From: Candidatus Thorarchaeota archaeon SMTZ1-45
GTDB lineage: Archaea > Asgardarchaeota > Thorarchaeia > Thorarchaeales > Thorarchaeaceae
Length of the DNA stretch: 56,662 nt
Assembly (NCBI GenBank): GCA_001563335.1
Contig: LRSL01000044.1
Span: forward strand, 1-56,662
Direction: 5' to 3'
Below the pieces are notes generated by a model. The model did not search any database. It saw nothing but the letters and a program-made list of their open reading frames with translations, and was not told the DNA's origin. Every line of letters starts with the position of its first letter. Positions within the stretch are counted from its first letter, which is position 1. Made by a program: the position numbers and the translations under genes. Of the stretch, positions 9,472 to 19,049 are shown in pieces.

Positions 9472-10020
9472 TCAAAAGCCCTTCCGTGAACAGTAACCTT
9501 TCGTTTCTCTTCCCGGAGTTCCCTGAAAAGAACGACCTGTTGGAGACCTCTTTTTTCTCTTGCGTATAGGTCTGCCCATAAATGGCCTGCTCATATCAAT
9601 AGATCCATCAACTTGAATAATACTTGAAGAGGCTTCCCGGATAATGCCCCACCTACCTTTTGCCAGACTCATACTCTCATCATAGATGCTGATGTATCCA
9701 TTCAGCAACTCGTATGACTTTCCAATATCTATTTCATCTACATCCTCATTCCACAAATTTAGACTGATTATTGCAGATTTATCACCAACTATGCATTCTC
9801 TGATGAGATGACGTTTCCCACTAGCGTTTGCTGTGACGAGTCGTGTTTGTCCTTTCTTGATCACACTGAATCTCACATTTACTGATTTTGATTCGACTGT
9901 CAGCCTGGAAATTGGAGTCCAATCCTCTTTTCGATTTTCTCTTGATTCTTCTGCATCCTGCAAGTAAACGCATCCGAATATGGGTGTCGATGAATAATAA
10001 AGAACTCCACACTTTTTCAT
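9472..10020 (-). CDS. Single OB-fold ssDNA-binding protein (crenarchaeal SSB/RPA-like); true start may lie downstream
   Basis: ECIVGDKSAIISLNLWNE..IDIGKSYELLNGYISIY..LAKGRWG OB-fold pattern; basic C-terminal tail. Confidence 0.75.
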   Translation of the reverse strand: MKKCGVLYYSSTPIFGCVYLQDAEESRENRKEDWTPISRLTVESKSVNVRFSVIKKGQTRLVTANASGKRHLIRECIVGDKSAIISLNLWNEDVDEIDIGKSYELLNGYISIYDESMSLAKGRWGIIREASSSIIQVDGSIDMSRPFMGRPIRKRKKRSPTGRSFQGTPGRETKGYCSRKGF

Positions 10021-11105
10021 GAGTGAATCTCTATCAGAGCTTTTCGTAGCTGTTCAAGACCCATTATTAGTTCCTCATGTTCACCACCAAACCCAAGCCG
10101 GAAATGCCCATCAAGCTCCATTCGAGAACCTGGGACTGTAAAAGTTCTGTATTTCTTCACAAGAAGCTCACAGAGTTCATCAGTACTCCCACCTCGCTTT
10201 AGTCTTGGAGCACAAACAACTCCACTTTTTGGTTCAACCCACTCAAGCCAATCTTGAGACCCCATCCATTCCTCTACAACCTTATAATTTGAGAGCACTG
10301 CTTTCCTGATTACTGGGAGAATCTCGTGTCTTTTATGAAGCACCTCTTTTGCAATTACTTCTCCAAGTGACGAGTTGCATATTGTTACCTGTTCTCTTAC
10401 AGCTCTTATTGCTTCGACAATAGGTCTGTCTGCAACAGCCCAACCAATGCGAATACCTGGCAGTCCCCATGTTTTAGACATGCTTGTCAAGCTAATTGCG
10501 ATGGGACTCAGTGACGCAGCGAGAGGTGGTGGTGGATCGAACATGAGGTCTCTGTACGTTTCATCGACCATAAGATGTGCACCTGCTTCCTCTGCTATTT
10601 CGATTGCCTCTTTGAGCTCATCTTTGGATATTACAGAACCTGTTGGATTGTTTGGGTGAGTCAGAGTAATCAGCTTGGTATTGGGTTTGACCAGCTTTCT
10701 CAGTTTATCCATCCTAGGTCTAAATCCATCATTCCAATCGAGTTTGAGGAGAGTTAAGTTTCTTCTAAGAGATCGTGCCACCTGATAGAGTGAGGGATAT
10801 GTTGGATGTTCAACAATTATATTATCTTTAGGTCCAACTAAATGGGCAATAATCGCAAAGTTTGCTTCACTCGCTCCAGTTGTCACTGCTACATTGTCAA
10901 GAGAATTACCTTTGTATTGTTTTGCAATTTCCTTTCTTAAACTTGGATGACCTAAATGGTACCCATATCGTAATTCAACTTCATTAAGGTCTATTTCAAG
11001 TTCTTTAACTGTCAAGAACTTTGTACCGCTCTCACCAATATCATAATCTACCTCGAACTGATGGTCGTCAAACCAAATTTCCAACGGCATTCTCTCAAAT
11101 GTCAA
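10017..11105 (-). CDS. PLP-dependent aminotransferase class I/II
   Basis: TTGASEA, HPNNPTG, VDETYR, SMSKTWGLPGIRIGW (PLP Lys), FRLGFG. Confidence 0.9.
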   Translation of the reverse strand: MTFERMPLEIWFDDHQFEVDYDIGESGTKFLTVKELEIDLNEVELRYGYHLGHPSLRKEIAKQYKGNSLDNVAVTTGASEANFAIIAHLVGPKDNIIVEHPTYPSLYQVARSLRRNLTLLKLDWNDGFRPRMDKLRKLVKPNTKLITLTHPNNPTGSVISKDELKEAIEIAEEAGAHLMVDETYRDLMFDPPPPLAASLSPIAISLTSMSKTWGLPGIRIGWAVADRPIVEAIRAVREQVTICNSSLGEVIAKEVLHKRHEILPVIRKAVLSNYKVVEEWMGSQDWLEWVEPKSGVVCAPRLKRGGSTDELCELLVKKYRTFTVPGSRMELDGHFRLGFGGEHEELIMGLEQLRKALIEIHS

Positions 11106-11234
11106 ATTTCAATCCTCAGTTGGAAAGAAATACGGTCTGAGATAAATAGGTTCGTGAAAAAAGCTTTCAGCAATATAACACACGATTATTAAGCCACACA
11201 AAACTAATTCATTGTTAAGTAATCTTAAGCAGGG

Positions 11235-11654
11235 ATGCACATGACCTTCAAAATTCTAGTAGTTGATGATGAACCTGCTATTCATGAGGTCCTCCATGTG
11301 TATCTCAAACGATTTTTAGATGACTTTGTGCTCTTTGTTGCTTCTACTGGACAAGAAGCGATTGACAAAGTTACTCAAATGATGGCAAATGGGCAATCTC
11401 TTGATATCGTTTTAATGGATATGAAAATGCCTTCAATGGATGGTATTGAATGCACGCGAAAGCTCTCAAAGCTCGGAATCAAGAATATTCATCTTCTTAC
11501 AGCTTATTTTGATCCTGAATCTGCGAAACAAGCAGCAGAAGTTGGCGCAAAAGGCGTAATGAAAAAGAGCGAAGGATTCGTTTCTGTGGCTAGAAAGGTT
11601 GCAGATATGATACGAGGAACACGGGCACCAACCACATCAGCAGGTCCTAACTAG
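11235..11654 (+). CDS. Stand-alone response regulator receiver (CheY-like)
   Basis: KILVVDDE, LMDMKMPSMDG (phospho-Asp), LTA, GAKGVMKK; no output domain. Confidence 0.88.
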   Translation: MHMTFKILVVDDEPAIHEVLHVYLKRFLDDFVLFVASTGQEAIDKVTQMMANGQSLDIVLMDMKMPSMDGIECTRKLSKLGIKNIHLLTAYFDPESAKQAAEVGAKGVMKKSEGFVSVARKVADMIRGTRAPTTSAGPN

Positions 11655-11726
11655 GTCACAAATACCCTTTTCAGTTCTGAAACCTCAATCGAATTCTAAC
11701 ATTGCTATTGGAGATGAAATGGTACT

Positions 11727-13256
11727 ATGCGCTGTTCCCTTTCACGTTTATTATTCATAGGATTCATGGCTTTGTTCCTAGTGATACTGGTTGGCAATAT
11801 CACAACAACTGATGCTCAAGAATATCCTGACGACTTCATACATGATGATAGACTGTATGTCTATGTTGCCTTAGATGGAATGAATCTCAAGGATTACTCC
11901 TTGGGTGTACCTCTCCCAATAAATATGGAAGCTCCTATGGATCTATCTTTTCAAATGAATGCGAGTGGATTGCAAACTCTAAATGTTAGTGGTTCAATTA
12001 CATTCTGGTATCAAGGATATCCGTTATTCCCTATCCAGATTGTAGATGCATATTATAATACCTGGTTTACAGTTGATCCATCTACACCAATCCCGCCGGT
12101 CACAGCACCTATGAACTTTTCAAGAATGATGTCAGTACTAGGGCCTCTCAAACTAGCAACTGGTATTTTCGAAGCTAGCGTTGACTTTCGTTATTATGTT
12201 GATGGAAACTCGACTCTGAATATTTTACAACACCAGTTTTCATTCATCCTTCCATCAACTCCACTCGATATCATCACATCCGTTACAGGTATCGCAACGA
12301 GTGTTGCTACTGTGGGTGCTGTATATGGAATGGCTACTGGTTTTAACAGTCTGTGGGAGGGGTTAAAGACTGCTTACAAGCTGAGGGGTATCCACAAGAA
12401 AGCATCTGAAATCCGATCGCTCCCTAATCTTACAGTACTGGGTGCCCTACCACTTCTTTTCTCACTCCTTGATAACATGAAAAAAGGGAAGAAAGAAGGA
12501 CGAGAGGACAGTGGTGTTAGTGAATACATTGTTCGACAGCGCCTTAGGGAAGTCGCTCCTGACGCTTGGCAGGCAGACAAATGTCCACAATGTAAAAGGA
12601 ATTGGAACAAGAAGTTAGACATGTGCAAGAAATGCAACATTGGTCCGGACGAAGCTAAAATTGCATATGCAGAGCTTCTCGTTTCAAGGGTTCCAGCAGC
12701 TCTTAGATGGATGGGTAAGAAGAAATCCACTGATGTTAGAACCTTAGCAAAGAAGACAAAATCGACTCAATATAATGCAGGTGTAATTGCTGCTTCAATG
12801 GTTGACACAAATGTTACTGAGATTACCAAAGTCGGGACACCTCTCCGATCCTTTGTCATGAATATTGCAGGTCTAGCATTTCTCGTTGTTACCTGGCAGC
12901 AATTGCTTGGTGACAATACAAGTGCATGGCAGACTACTATCACATTTGTAGGTGCAGCTCTCTCCTTGGCTGTTATCATTGCTCTTTATATATCTAGAAA
13001 GACTCAGATTGCTAAATTTGTTGCTGAGCAAGAAGCTGGTCTTAAGATTCTTCCAACCCAAGCGGAATCTGCTGCAGTAAAAGAGGAGGCTGAAGTCGCA
13101 GAAGAGCCAGAGATGGAAGAAGAACCTCAATCAGATGCAGAAGCCGATTATATGCACGATGAAGAAGGCGAAGAAGAAAGATCAATGGACGCTGATGAAG
13201 AAGAAGACCTATCTAATGAATTTGGAGAAGACAGTGAACTCTCAGATGAGGTTTAG
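11727..13256 (+). CDS. Hypothetical membrane protein: signal peptide, beta-rich ectodomain, Zn-ribbon, TM hairpin, acidic tail
   Basis: 509-aa ORF with GGAG upstream; hydrophobic N-terminus; CPQC...CKKC; two TM helices near the C-terminus; D/E-rich tail. Confidence 0.75.
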   Translation: MRCSLSRLLFIGFMALFLVILVGNITTTDAQEYPDDFIHDDRLYVYVALDGMNLKDYSLGVPLPINMEAPMDLSFQMNASGLQTLNVSGSITFWYQGYPLFPIQIVDAYYNTWFTVDPSTPIPPVTAPMNFSRMMSVLGPLKLATGIFEASVDFRYYVDGNSTLNILQHQFSFILPSTPLDIITSVTGIATSVATVGAVYGMATGFNSLWEGLKTAYKLRGIHKKASEIRSLPNLTVLGALPLLFSLLDNMKKGKKEGREDSGVSEYIVRQRLREVAPDAWQADKCPQCKRNWNKKLDMCKKCNIGPDEAKIAYAELLVSRVPAALRWMGKKKSTDVRTLAKKTKSTQYNAGVIAASMVDTNVTEITKVGTPLRSFVMNIAGLAFLVVTWQQLLGDNTSAWQTTITFVGAALSLAVIIALYISRKTQIAKFVAEQEAGLKILPTQAESAAVKEEAEVAEEPEMEEEPQSDAEADYMHDEEGEEERSMDADEEEDLSNEFGEDSELSDEV

Positions 13257-13277
13257 ACGAATACTGAAAACAAAATA

Positions 13278-13314
13278 GGGGGATGCGGCCCTCAACTTGG
13301 GCCGCTCTTCTCCT
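13278..13314. terminator. Hairpin between convergent genes (probably bidirectional terminator)
   Basis: GCGGCCC-TCAACTT-GGGCCGC (13285-13305); pyrimidine/T-rich flanks on both strands. Confidence 0.65.
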
Positions 13315-13322
13315 CAAGTTGA

Positions 13323-16300
13323 TTATACATCTACTGGTGCTGACGGAATCTTTCCTCTGGACATTTTGGCGAATAACTGGATTATTTTTGATGAAATGAA
13401 TGGAATTACAACAAGGAATGCAACTGGTAATAGGACAATGACTCCAAGCTCCCAGCTTGCCAAAAAGTCCATGCTCATGACTGTTGTTGCTCCCACAACT
13501 ACTAAGAACATCAAGAACTTGATTCTTACAGAGGAACTAAATCTGCTAACCATAGATGTTTTTTCATCTTCGACAATGGATAGAGGTGTTCCTGCATCCT
13601 CCATCTTGACAATCTTTTTGAGACCCTTACTTACCTCTCTGTAGAGGTTCACAACAACAACCAGTATCGACGATACATAAGCTACGAAGATAGTAGTCAT
13701 TATTGATGGTACAGTAATTGTGCCAATTGTTAATGATTGATCAATTACATACGCCTTAAACCAATCTATCTCCACACCATAAAGAAGAATGAGGAATATT
13801 ACGACTGGAACGAAGACCAAATGCCAAAGCCCAAGAACCATTCTTTTCTTGCTGAGGGAGCCCCTAACGAGTACTGCAGCGGTTGCATCACGATACAACC
13901 AAAGTCCGTAAAGAAGGACCGAACATCCAAGAAGTGCAACTGTAAGTATCAGAGCAACACCATAGTTGCCAGATGTGTATGATGAATATGATGCTACAAG
14001 ACCAGCTCCACTTCCCAACACAATCAATAGGTATAACATGTCCATATTCCTGATTGATTTCTTACGACCTTCTAGTGATTTGTCTTCAACTCTCATCGAA
14101 GATGCAATTTTGAAGTATATCACCATTCCAATTAGACTCAGAACAAATGATGCTCCTGCGCCAATTGAGAGCGAGATGGTTGACATAGAAAAGTCCGGAG
14201 TTGCCGGAGCAACTGTTATTGTATTTGAAGAGTCTACTGACTCTCCCACATATTCACCTATTGCAGTCACTGTGAGAGTGAAATCTCCATAACCCATGTT
14301 TGTAGGTATGTGAGGAATAAGTGCGACATACTCACCAATTTGGTCTGTTGGATATGCTGCCACTGGTGGTAATCCCATCAGCTCAACTATCACTTCAAGA
14401 CCGGGAACTGGATTCCCATATCCATCAATGATATTGATTAAAATAGCAAGCTCTTGTCCCTGTGTTGGCGTTTCTCGACTATATGATACAAAGAATTCCA
14501 AATCACCCATCACACTGATATTACCCACTATTGGGTCACCTTCTTCAACGTCTGGATGATCCACAGAAACCACGTATTCATAATCTCCAGGTAACCATCC
14601 AGCTGTGGAAATCACTGCTGAATATATACCTGCATCACTCTCAATCAAGCTATAGGAAAGTGCTTTGACAAAGAACGTAACTGTTGCTCCAGAAATAGGT
14701 CTGTGCCCCCAATCCATGAAATGAAGTTCAATTATAGGTTGATCTCCTTGAGTGACTATCCATCCCATTGATGAAAATACCTCTGATGATGTTGATGCTT
14801 CAGAAAAAGCTCTGATTGAAAAATCATTCATCCACGGACTGGCATATGTTGAATTTATGAAGACCAAAAAGATGTTTTCTCCAAGCAAGAAATCAGCAGT
14901 CACCCAAAGACTACACTCGGCCAAACCAACACTTGTAGATGGAAACGTAGAATATCTAGTACCATTAATCTCAACTTGAACTGAAGTCCAATTGAAAATT
15001 GGACCATACTTATCTTTAATGAATACGCTTACTTCGAAATCCGTGCCACCTTCAACCCTGGGAATATAGAATATGTTTGGGTGAAGTTCTCCAAACACAT
15101 CAAATGATACTTCCATAGCTGGAGGTCCCACGATATTGGGTCTCTGTACATTTAGTTCGAAGATTTGACTACCAATACCTAGCGTGATATTGTGCGAGAA
15201 AATATAGCAACCCACTACGGGACTTTCTACTAATGGGAACGATCTAGGACCACTCTTAAGGGATACAGATGCTCCAACTACTGGGTATCCATATGTATCT
15301 GTAATATTGAACCATGCTGTAACTAATTCATCCTGATCGACTGATGCTGGAAAGTCAGTACTTACAATTAGATTTGTTGTGATGATCTGAACAGCGAATG
15401 CTTTCTCACCTGCACCTATCCCAGTAGCATGTGGATGAAATGCTATTGCAGAAATTGAATGAATCCCTGCTGCAAGCTGCACCTCCGGAATCTTAACAAC
15501 ATAAAATGGACCAGTCTGAATGGCTGGTAGATTTAGACCTTCTAAAGTAATCTCAACTGTCGCATCATCAACAGGTCCACCAAGATTATCATTCACCCAG
15601 ACTGAGATATTCATAGCATCTCCCTGATTTACCAAATCTGGAGCTTGTACTTGGATATGGAGGTCACTTCGTATTGTGATCGCATCAACAAGAATCCGTT
15701 CGTAGGGGTGATAGAATCCATTATCAATGGTGACACTTAGGTTTGCTATTCCGATTGGCCATGTCGCATCTGTAATCGCATGGTATTTCATCCAACCATC
15801 AGCATAATAGAATCCAAATGAGTTGACTGCAGGTCCTTCAGGAGTCGCAAAGTGTGCACTCATGTATATAGTTGCGTCGTCCACGATTTCACCATATATA
15901 TTAGCTACAGTTATGTTTACTTCAAAAGCATCGCCTTGAATGATGTCAGAGGATGAAAATTCAATAAAGGCATTTAGAAGGTAATTACTATCAAGGTTTC
16001 TAACAGCACCCAAAGAATAAGTTGTATATTTGGCAAATGGATATGCTGCAATTTCCTCACCCGGTGTAAGGTCAATATCCCCTAGCAGTAAAGGATTATA
16101 GACTTCTCCAACTTCAACTGTCCACTCAACTTCTCCTCCAAATGATATCTGAGTTAGAAGCTCATCTTGATCAGTGAATAATAGAAAATCCTCCTCTCCA
16201 TCACCATCAAAATCTGCAATTATTGAGCTGAGTGGAGTAGCACCAGTTACTGATGTGGACCAAATAGTTGATAGAGTTGCTCCCAATTGAGCTAATTTCA

Positions 16301-18869
16301 ACTCTCCTGTTGAAAGAACGAGAAACAACTCATCTGATTGGTCACCAAAAGCATCCGCAGGATACAAGTATGTGAGGTCCTGATGCAAGAGTTCATAGAC
16401 AGGTGTATTGTTAACATTGGTTGTCGTACTGTCAAAAACATAAACTCGACCTGTTGGGTCCGTTGCATTCCAGTAGTTGAAACCAGCCACAAATTGCTCT
16501 GCTCCAGTGGTTGCATTGTATATGGTTTCAATGCCAACTGATTGCGTATTGGAATACCCACTCATGTCAATATCCAGAGAATGTGAGAATACTAGATTTG
16601 TAGTGTAAATGTCTATTCGTGTGTTTCCTCTAATGACTGCAACATAGCCATATGGGCTACCACTTGTAACAGAAAACCCTCTTATTCCGATTTCTTCAGG
16701 AAAATTCACTGCTGACCAACTAAGATCGGAATCCATTTTTAGTATAGATTCCGGACTTGTTTCTGATACTAAAAACAGCTCCTCATTGCCATCTCCATCA
16801 TCATCAAAAACTCCGATATGTGTGAAACTTTTGTATGGATATGGAACATTTCCTTCATCCATCAAGGTGAATGTGCTACCATGGTAGGCATGATAACGAA
16901 ATAATGAATCTTTCAAAACACTATCGTAGTAGTAATCTAAAACTATGATGTCGAGTATATTATCTCCATCTAGCATCGCTGAATAGACTTCGAAATTATC
17001 GAATCTGTCACCTGAAGGTATGGTGACATTGAGCGAGTCATCAATACCACCACTTGAAGAATATTTTGTGAGTACTAGATTTTCAACACCCATAGGTCTC
17101 TCGATTGTATAGATTACTTTACTTCCATCTGATGTATTTCCAATATCTGACTGATGGTATCTCTTATACACGTAATCTGTCCCTGCTTTTTCTATCTTCC
17201 AGACAAAATTACCAGAGACTGTAAATCTCAATGGATGAGTGAAATTTCCTAAATTGCCAAGATTCAGATAGCTGTCTTGAACTGTGATATAATATTCATA
17301 TTCACCTGGCTGAAGGTTTCCAATGAATGCATAATAGTAACCTTCTCTGTGAGATGCGTACATCTCTTCTTGCGGCTGAATCCATGATACACTTCCAGGT
17401 AATCTCATCCAAATGTCAATGTGCTCAACTGTTGAAGTTTCAATAACATTTACTCTTACTGTAACATAATCATCTATGATTGTTGGATGGAGTGGGTCAA
17501 TGGGGATTGGCATTAAATTAGGAGGCGTTGTATCACTAAGAATTATGTAGACATCACCCTCGATTCTGACCACAACATCCTCTTTGGCATTACCAATGAT
17601 ATCATAGCTTATGATTTGGTGCCCTCCAAGTCTAACATCAACAAGGTACTCGAGATTTGCGAAAGACCCATCCACACCTCGTATTATGCCTAGTCCACCA
17701 TAGGTAGTTCCAGTAGCCAAGTCATCCATCGAATCTTGATCCATTTTTCCTACACCAAGTTGTCTGGATGAGTAGGTGTAGATTTCCTCTAACTCCCTTA
17801 TTGGTGTGAAATCAAATCCATCTATGAAAAATGCCTTCTTCTGAGTCCTACTTATCACGACTAAATCATCTTGTGGGTTTCCGCTAAAATCGCCTGTTTC
17901 TATATATCTAGTTGTACTTGGTAACCCATCAACTAGTTGAGTATATGCTTCTCCTGGTATATTTCCCCAATAAACAACAACGTCGCCATCACTCTCTATA
18001 GTAGCAATCTCCTCCAATCCTCCGAAGTAGTCAAACTTCACCATATCTTGAATACTTGTACTAAGAAGGATTGAATAAACCTGAGTACCATTAGCTTCAA
18101 CCACTGTCAGGTTTCTCTGACCGACGGTTCCCATTTGATTTGAAAATGCTATCGAGTCCTGAGTTCCACTTGTAAATCTACCAATCACTGGTCCAAAATA
18201 TGCATAGTCAGCTAAGAACGTTCCAAGTGTTGTGTTTGTGATCAAATCAAGTGTGAGAAAATTATCGCGATTATTCACATTTTGAACTAACAAGTCCGGG
18301 TAGGAATCTCCATTGAATATACCAAATCCCATGGGGGCTGGGTAGATGAAGGGCATTGGATACTCTGATACTGTTGCGTCATCAATGTCGACCATTAGAA
18401 TATAGTATATAGAATTGACATAATTGCGAAGGAAAAACTCAGTGTTACCATCCAAATCAACATCATAACCAGTTAGATAGTTACCACTATTCTTAACTCC
18501 GCTAGGAAGTGCAATGTCCATCATAACATCTTGAATCACATCAACGAAATACAATCTACTTTCTTCCTCAATGACGTATGCAAAACCACGATGACCAGAA
18601 ATTTCTCCAACTGCAATTTGGATATTAATGTCAGGAAGACTGTAATGGTATAACGTTTCTGTTTGAGCTTGTATTGCTACATTCTCCGATTGCGAAACAG
18701 CAATAGTTGGTGCTAAACTAGTAGTAATTGGTACAATAAAAATGAAAACAAAAAGGGTAACTACAAGTATCTTGACAACATCAGCAGCGTCTGGATTCAT
18801 TGTCTTTGTAACTGGTCGAAATGGACTTGCTCTCCTCTTTGTATCTCTTATTGTTCTTGATGACAACAT
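13323..18869 (-). CDS. Giant cell-surface protein: two FG-GAP/VCBS-type beta-propellers, Ig-like repeats, C-terminal 7-TM domain
   Basis: 1848 aa; GGAGTGG upstream; N-terminal signal/anchor; repeats such as YDVDLDGNTEF, GDFSGNPQDDLVV, FDDDGDGNEELF, ADFDGDGEEDF; six QG(D)...D..G.PV.GA.V repeats; seven hydrophobic segments in the last ~290 aa. Confidence 0.85.
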   Translation of the reverse strand: MLSSRTIRDTKRRASPFRPVTKTMNPDAADVVKILVVTLFVFIFIVPITTSLAPTIAVSQSENVAIQAQTETLYHYSLPDINIQIAVGEISGHRGFAYVIEEESRLYFVDVIQDVMMDIALPSGVKNSGNYLTGYDVDLDGNTEFFLRNYVNSIYYILMVDIDDATVSEYPMPFIYPAPMGFGIFNGDSYPDLLVQNVNNRDNFLTLDLITNTTLGTFLADYAYFGPVIGRFTSGTQDSIAFSNQMGTVGQRNLTVVEANGTQVYSILLSTSIQDMVKFDYFGGLEEIATIESDGDVVVYWGNIPGEAYTQLVDGLPSTTRYIETGDFSGNPQDDLVVISRTQKKAFFIDGFDFTPIRELEEIYTYSSRQLGVGKMDQDSMDDLATGTTYGGLGIIRGVDGSFANLEYLVDVRLGGHQIISYDIIGNAKEDVVVRIEGDVYIILSDTTPPNLMPIPIDPLHPTIIDDYVTVRVNVIETSTVEHIDIWMRLPGSVSWIQPQEEMYASHREGYYYAFIGNLQPGEYEYYITVQDSYLNLGNLGNFTHPLRFTVSGNFVWKIEKAGTDYVYKRYHQSDIGNTSDGSKVIYTIERPMGVENLVLTKYSSSGGIDDSLNVTIPSGDRFDNFEVYSAMLDGDNILDIIVLDYYYDSVLKDSLFRYHAYHGSTFTLMDEGNVPYPYKSFTHIGVFDDDGDGNEELFLVSETSPESILKMDSDLSWSAVNFPEEIGIRGFSVTSGSPYGYVAVIRGNTRIDIYTTNLVFSHSLDIDMSGYSNTQSVGIETIYNATTGAEQFVAGFNYWNATDPTGRVYVFDSTTTNVNNTPVYELLHQDLTYLYPADAFGDQSDELFLVLSTGELKLAQLGATLSTIWSTSVTGATPLSSIIADFDGDGEEDFLLFTDQDELLTQISFGGEVEWTVEVGEVYNPLLLGDIDLTPGEEIAAYPFAKYTTYSLGAVRNLDSNYLLNAFIEFSSSDIIQGDAFEVNITVANIYGEIVDDATIYMSAHFATPEGPAVNSFGFYYADGWMKYHAITDATWPIGIANLSVTIDNGFYHPYERILVDAITIRSDLHIQVQAPDLVNQGDAMNISVWVNDNLGGPVDDATVEITLEGLNLPAIQTGPFYVVKIPEVQLAAGIHSISAIAFHPHATGIGAGEKAFAVQIITTNLIVSTDFPASVDQDELVTAWFNITDTYGYPVVGASVSLKSGPRSFPLVESPVVGCYIFSHNITLGIGSQIFELNVQRPNIVGPPAMEVSFDVFGELHPNIFYIPRVEGGTDFEVSVFIKDKYGPIFNWTSVQVEINGTRYSTFPSTSVGLAECSLWVTADFLLGENIFLVFINSTYASPWMNDFSIRAFSEASTSSEVFSSMGWIVTQGDQPIIELHFMDWGHRPISGATVTFFVKALSYSLIESDAGIYSAVISTAGWLPGDYEYVVSVDHPDVEEGDPIVGNISVMGDLEFFVSYSRETPTQGQELAILINIIDGYGNPVPGLEVIVELMGLPPVAAYPTDQIGEYVALIPHIPTNMGYGDFTLTVTAIGEYVGESVDSSNTITVAPATPDFSMSTISLSIGAGASFVLSLIGMVIYFKIASSMRVEDKSLEGRKKSIRNMDMLYLLIVLGSGAGLVASYSSYTSGNYGVALILTVALLGCSVLLYGLWLYRDATAAVLVRGSLSKKRMVLGLWHLVFVPVVIFLILLYGVEIDWFKAYVIDQSLTIGTITVPSIMTTIFVAYVSSILVVVVNLYREVSKGLKKIVKMEDAGTPLSIVEDEKTSMVSRFSSSVRIKFLMFLVVVGATTVMSMDFLASWELGVIVLLPVAFLVVIPFISSKIIQLFAKMSRGKIPSAPVDV

Positions 18870-19049
18870 TTTCTAACCACTCCTAATTGATAACGCATTT
18901 CTCCCTCTATTCTTGAGGTTGGAATTTTTGGCGTTTAGGCTATAATGATTAATTCGCACCCTTTTATTGATTCTGGGCAACAAATCTACCGATAGGCTAA
19001 AGTCGAGGAAATGCAATCGGAAAAGTTGTATTTTCGGGGTTTGAACACA

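Noticed and set aside
13060-13256. GAA/GAT-rich stretch as a tandem repeat
   Set aside because: Explained by the acidic protein tail; no fixed repeat unit
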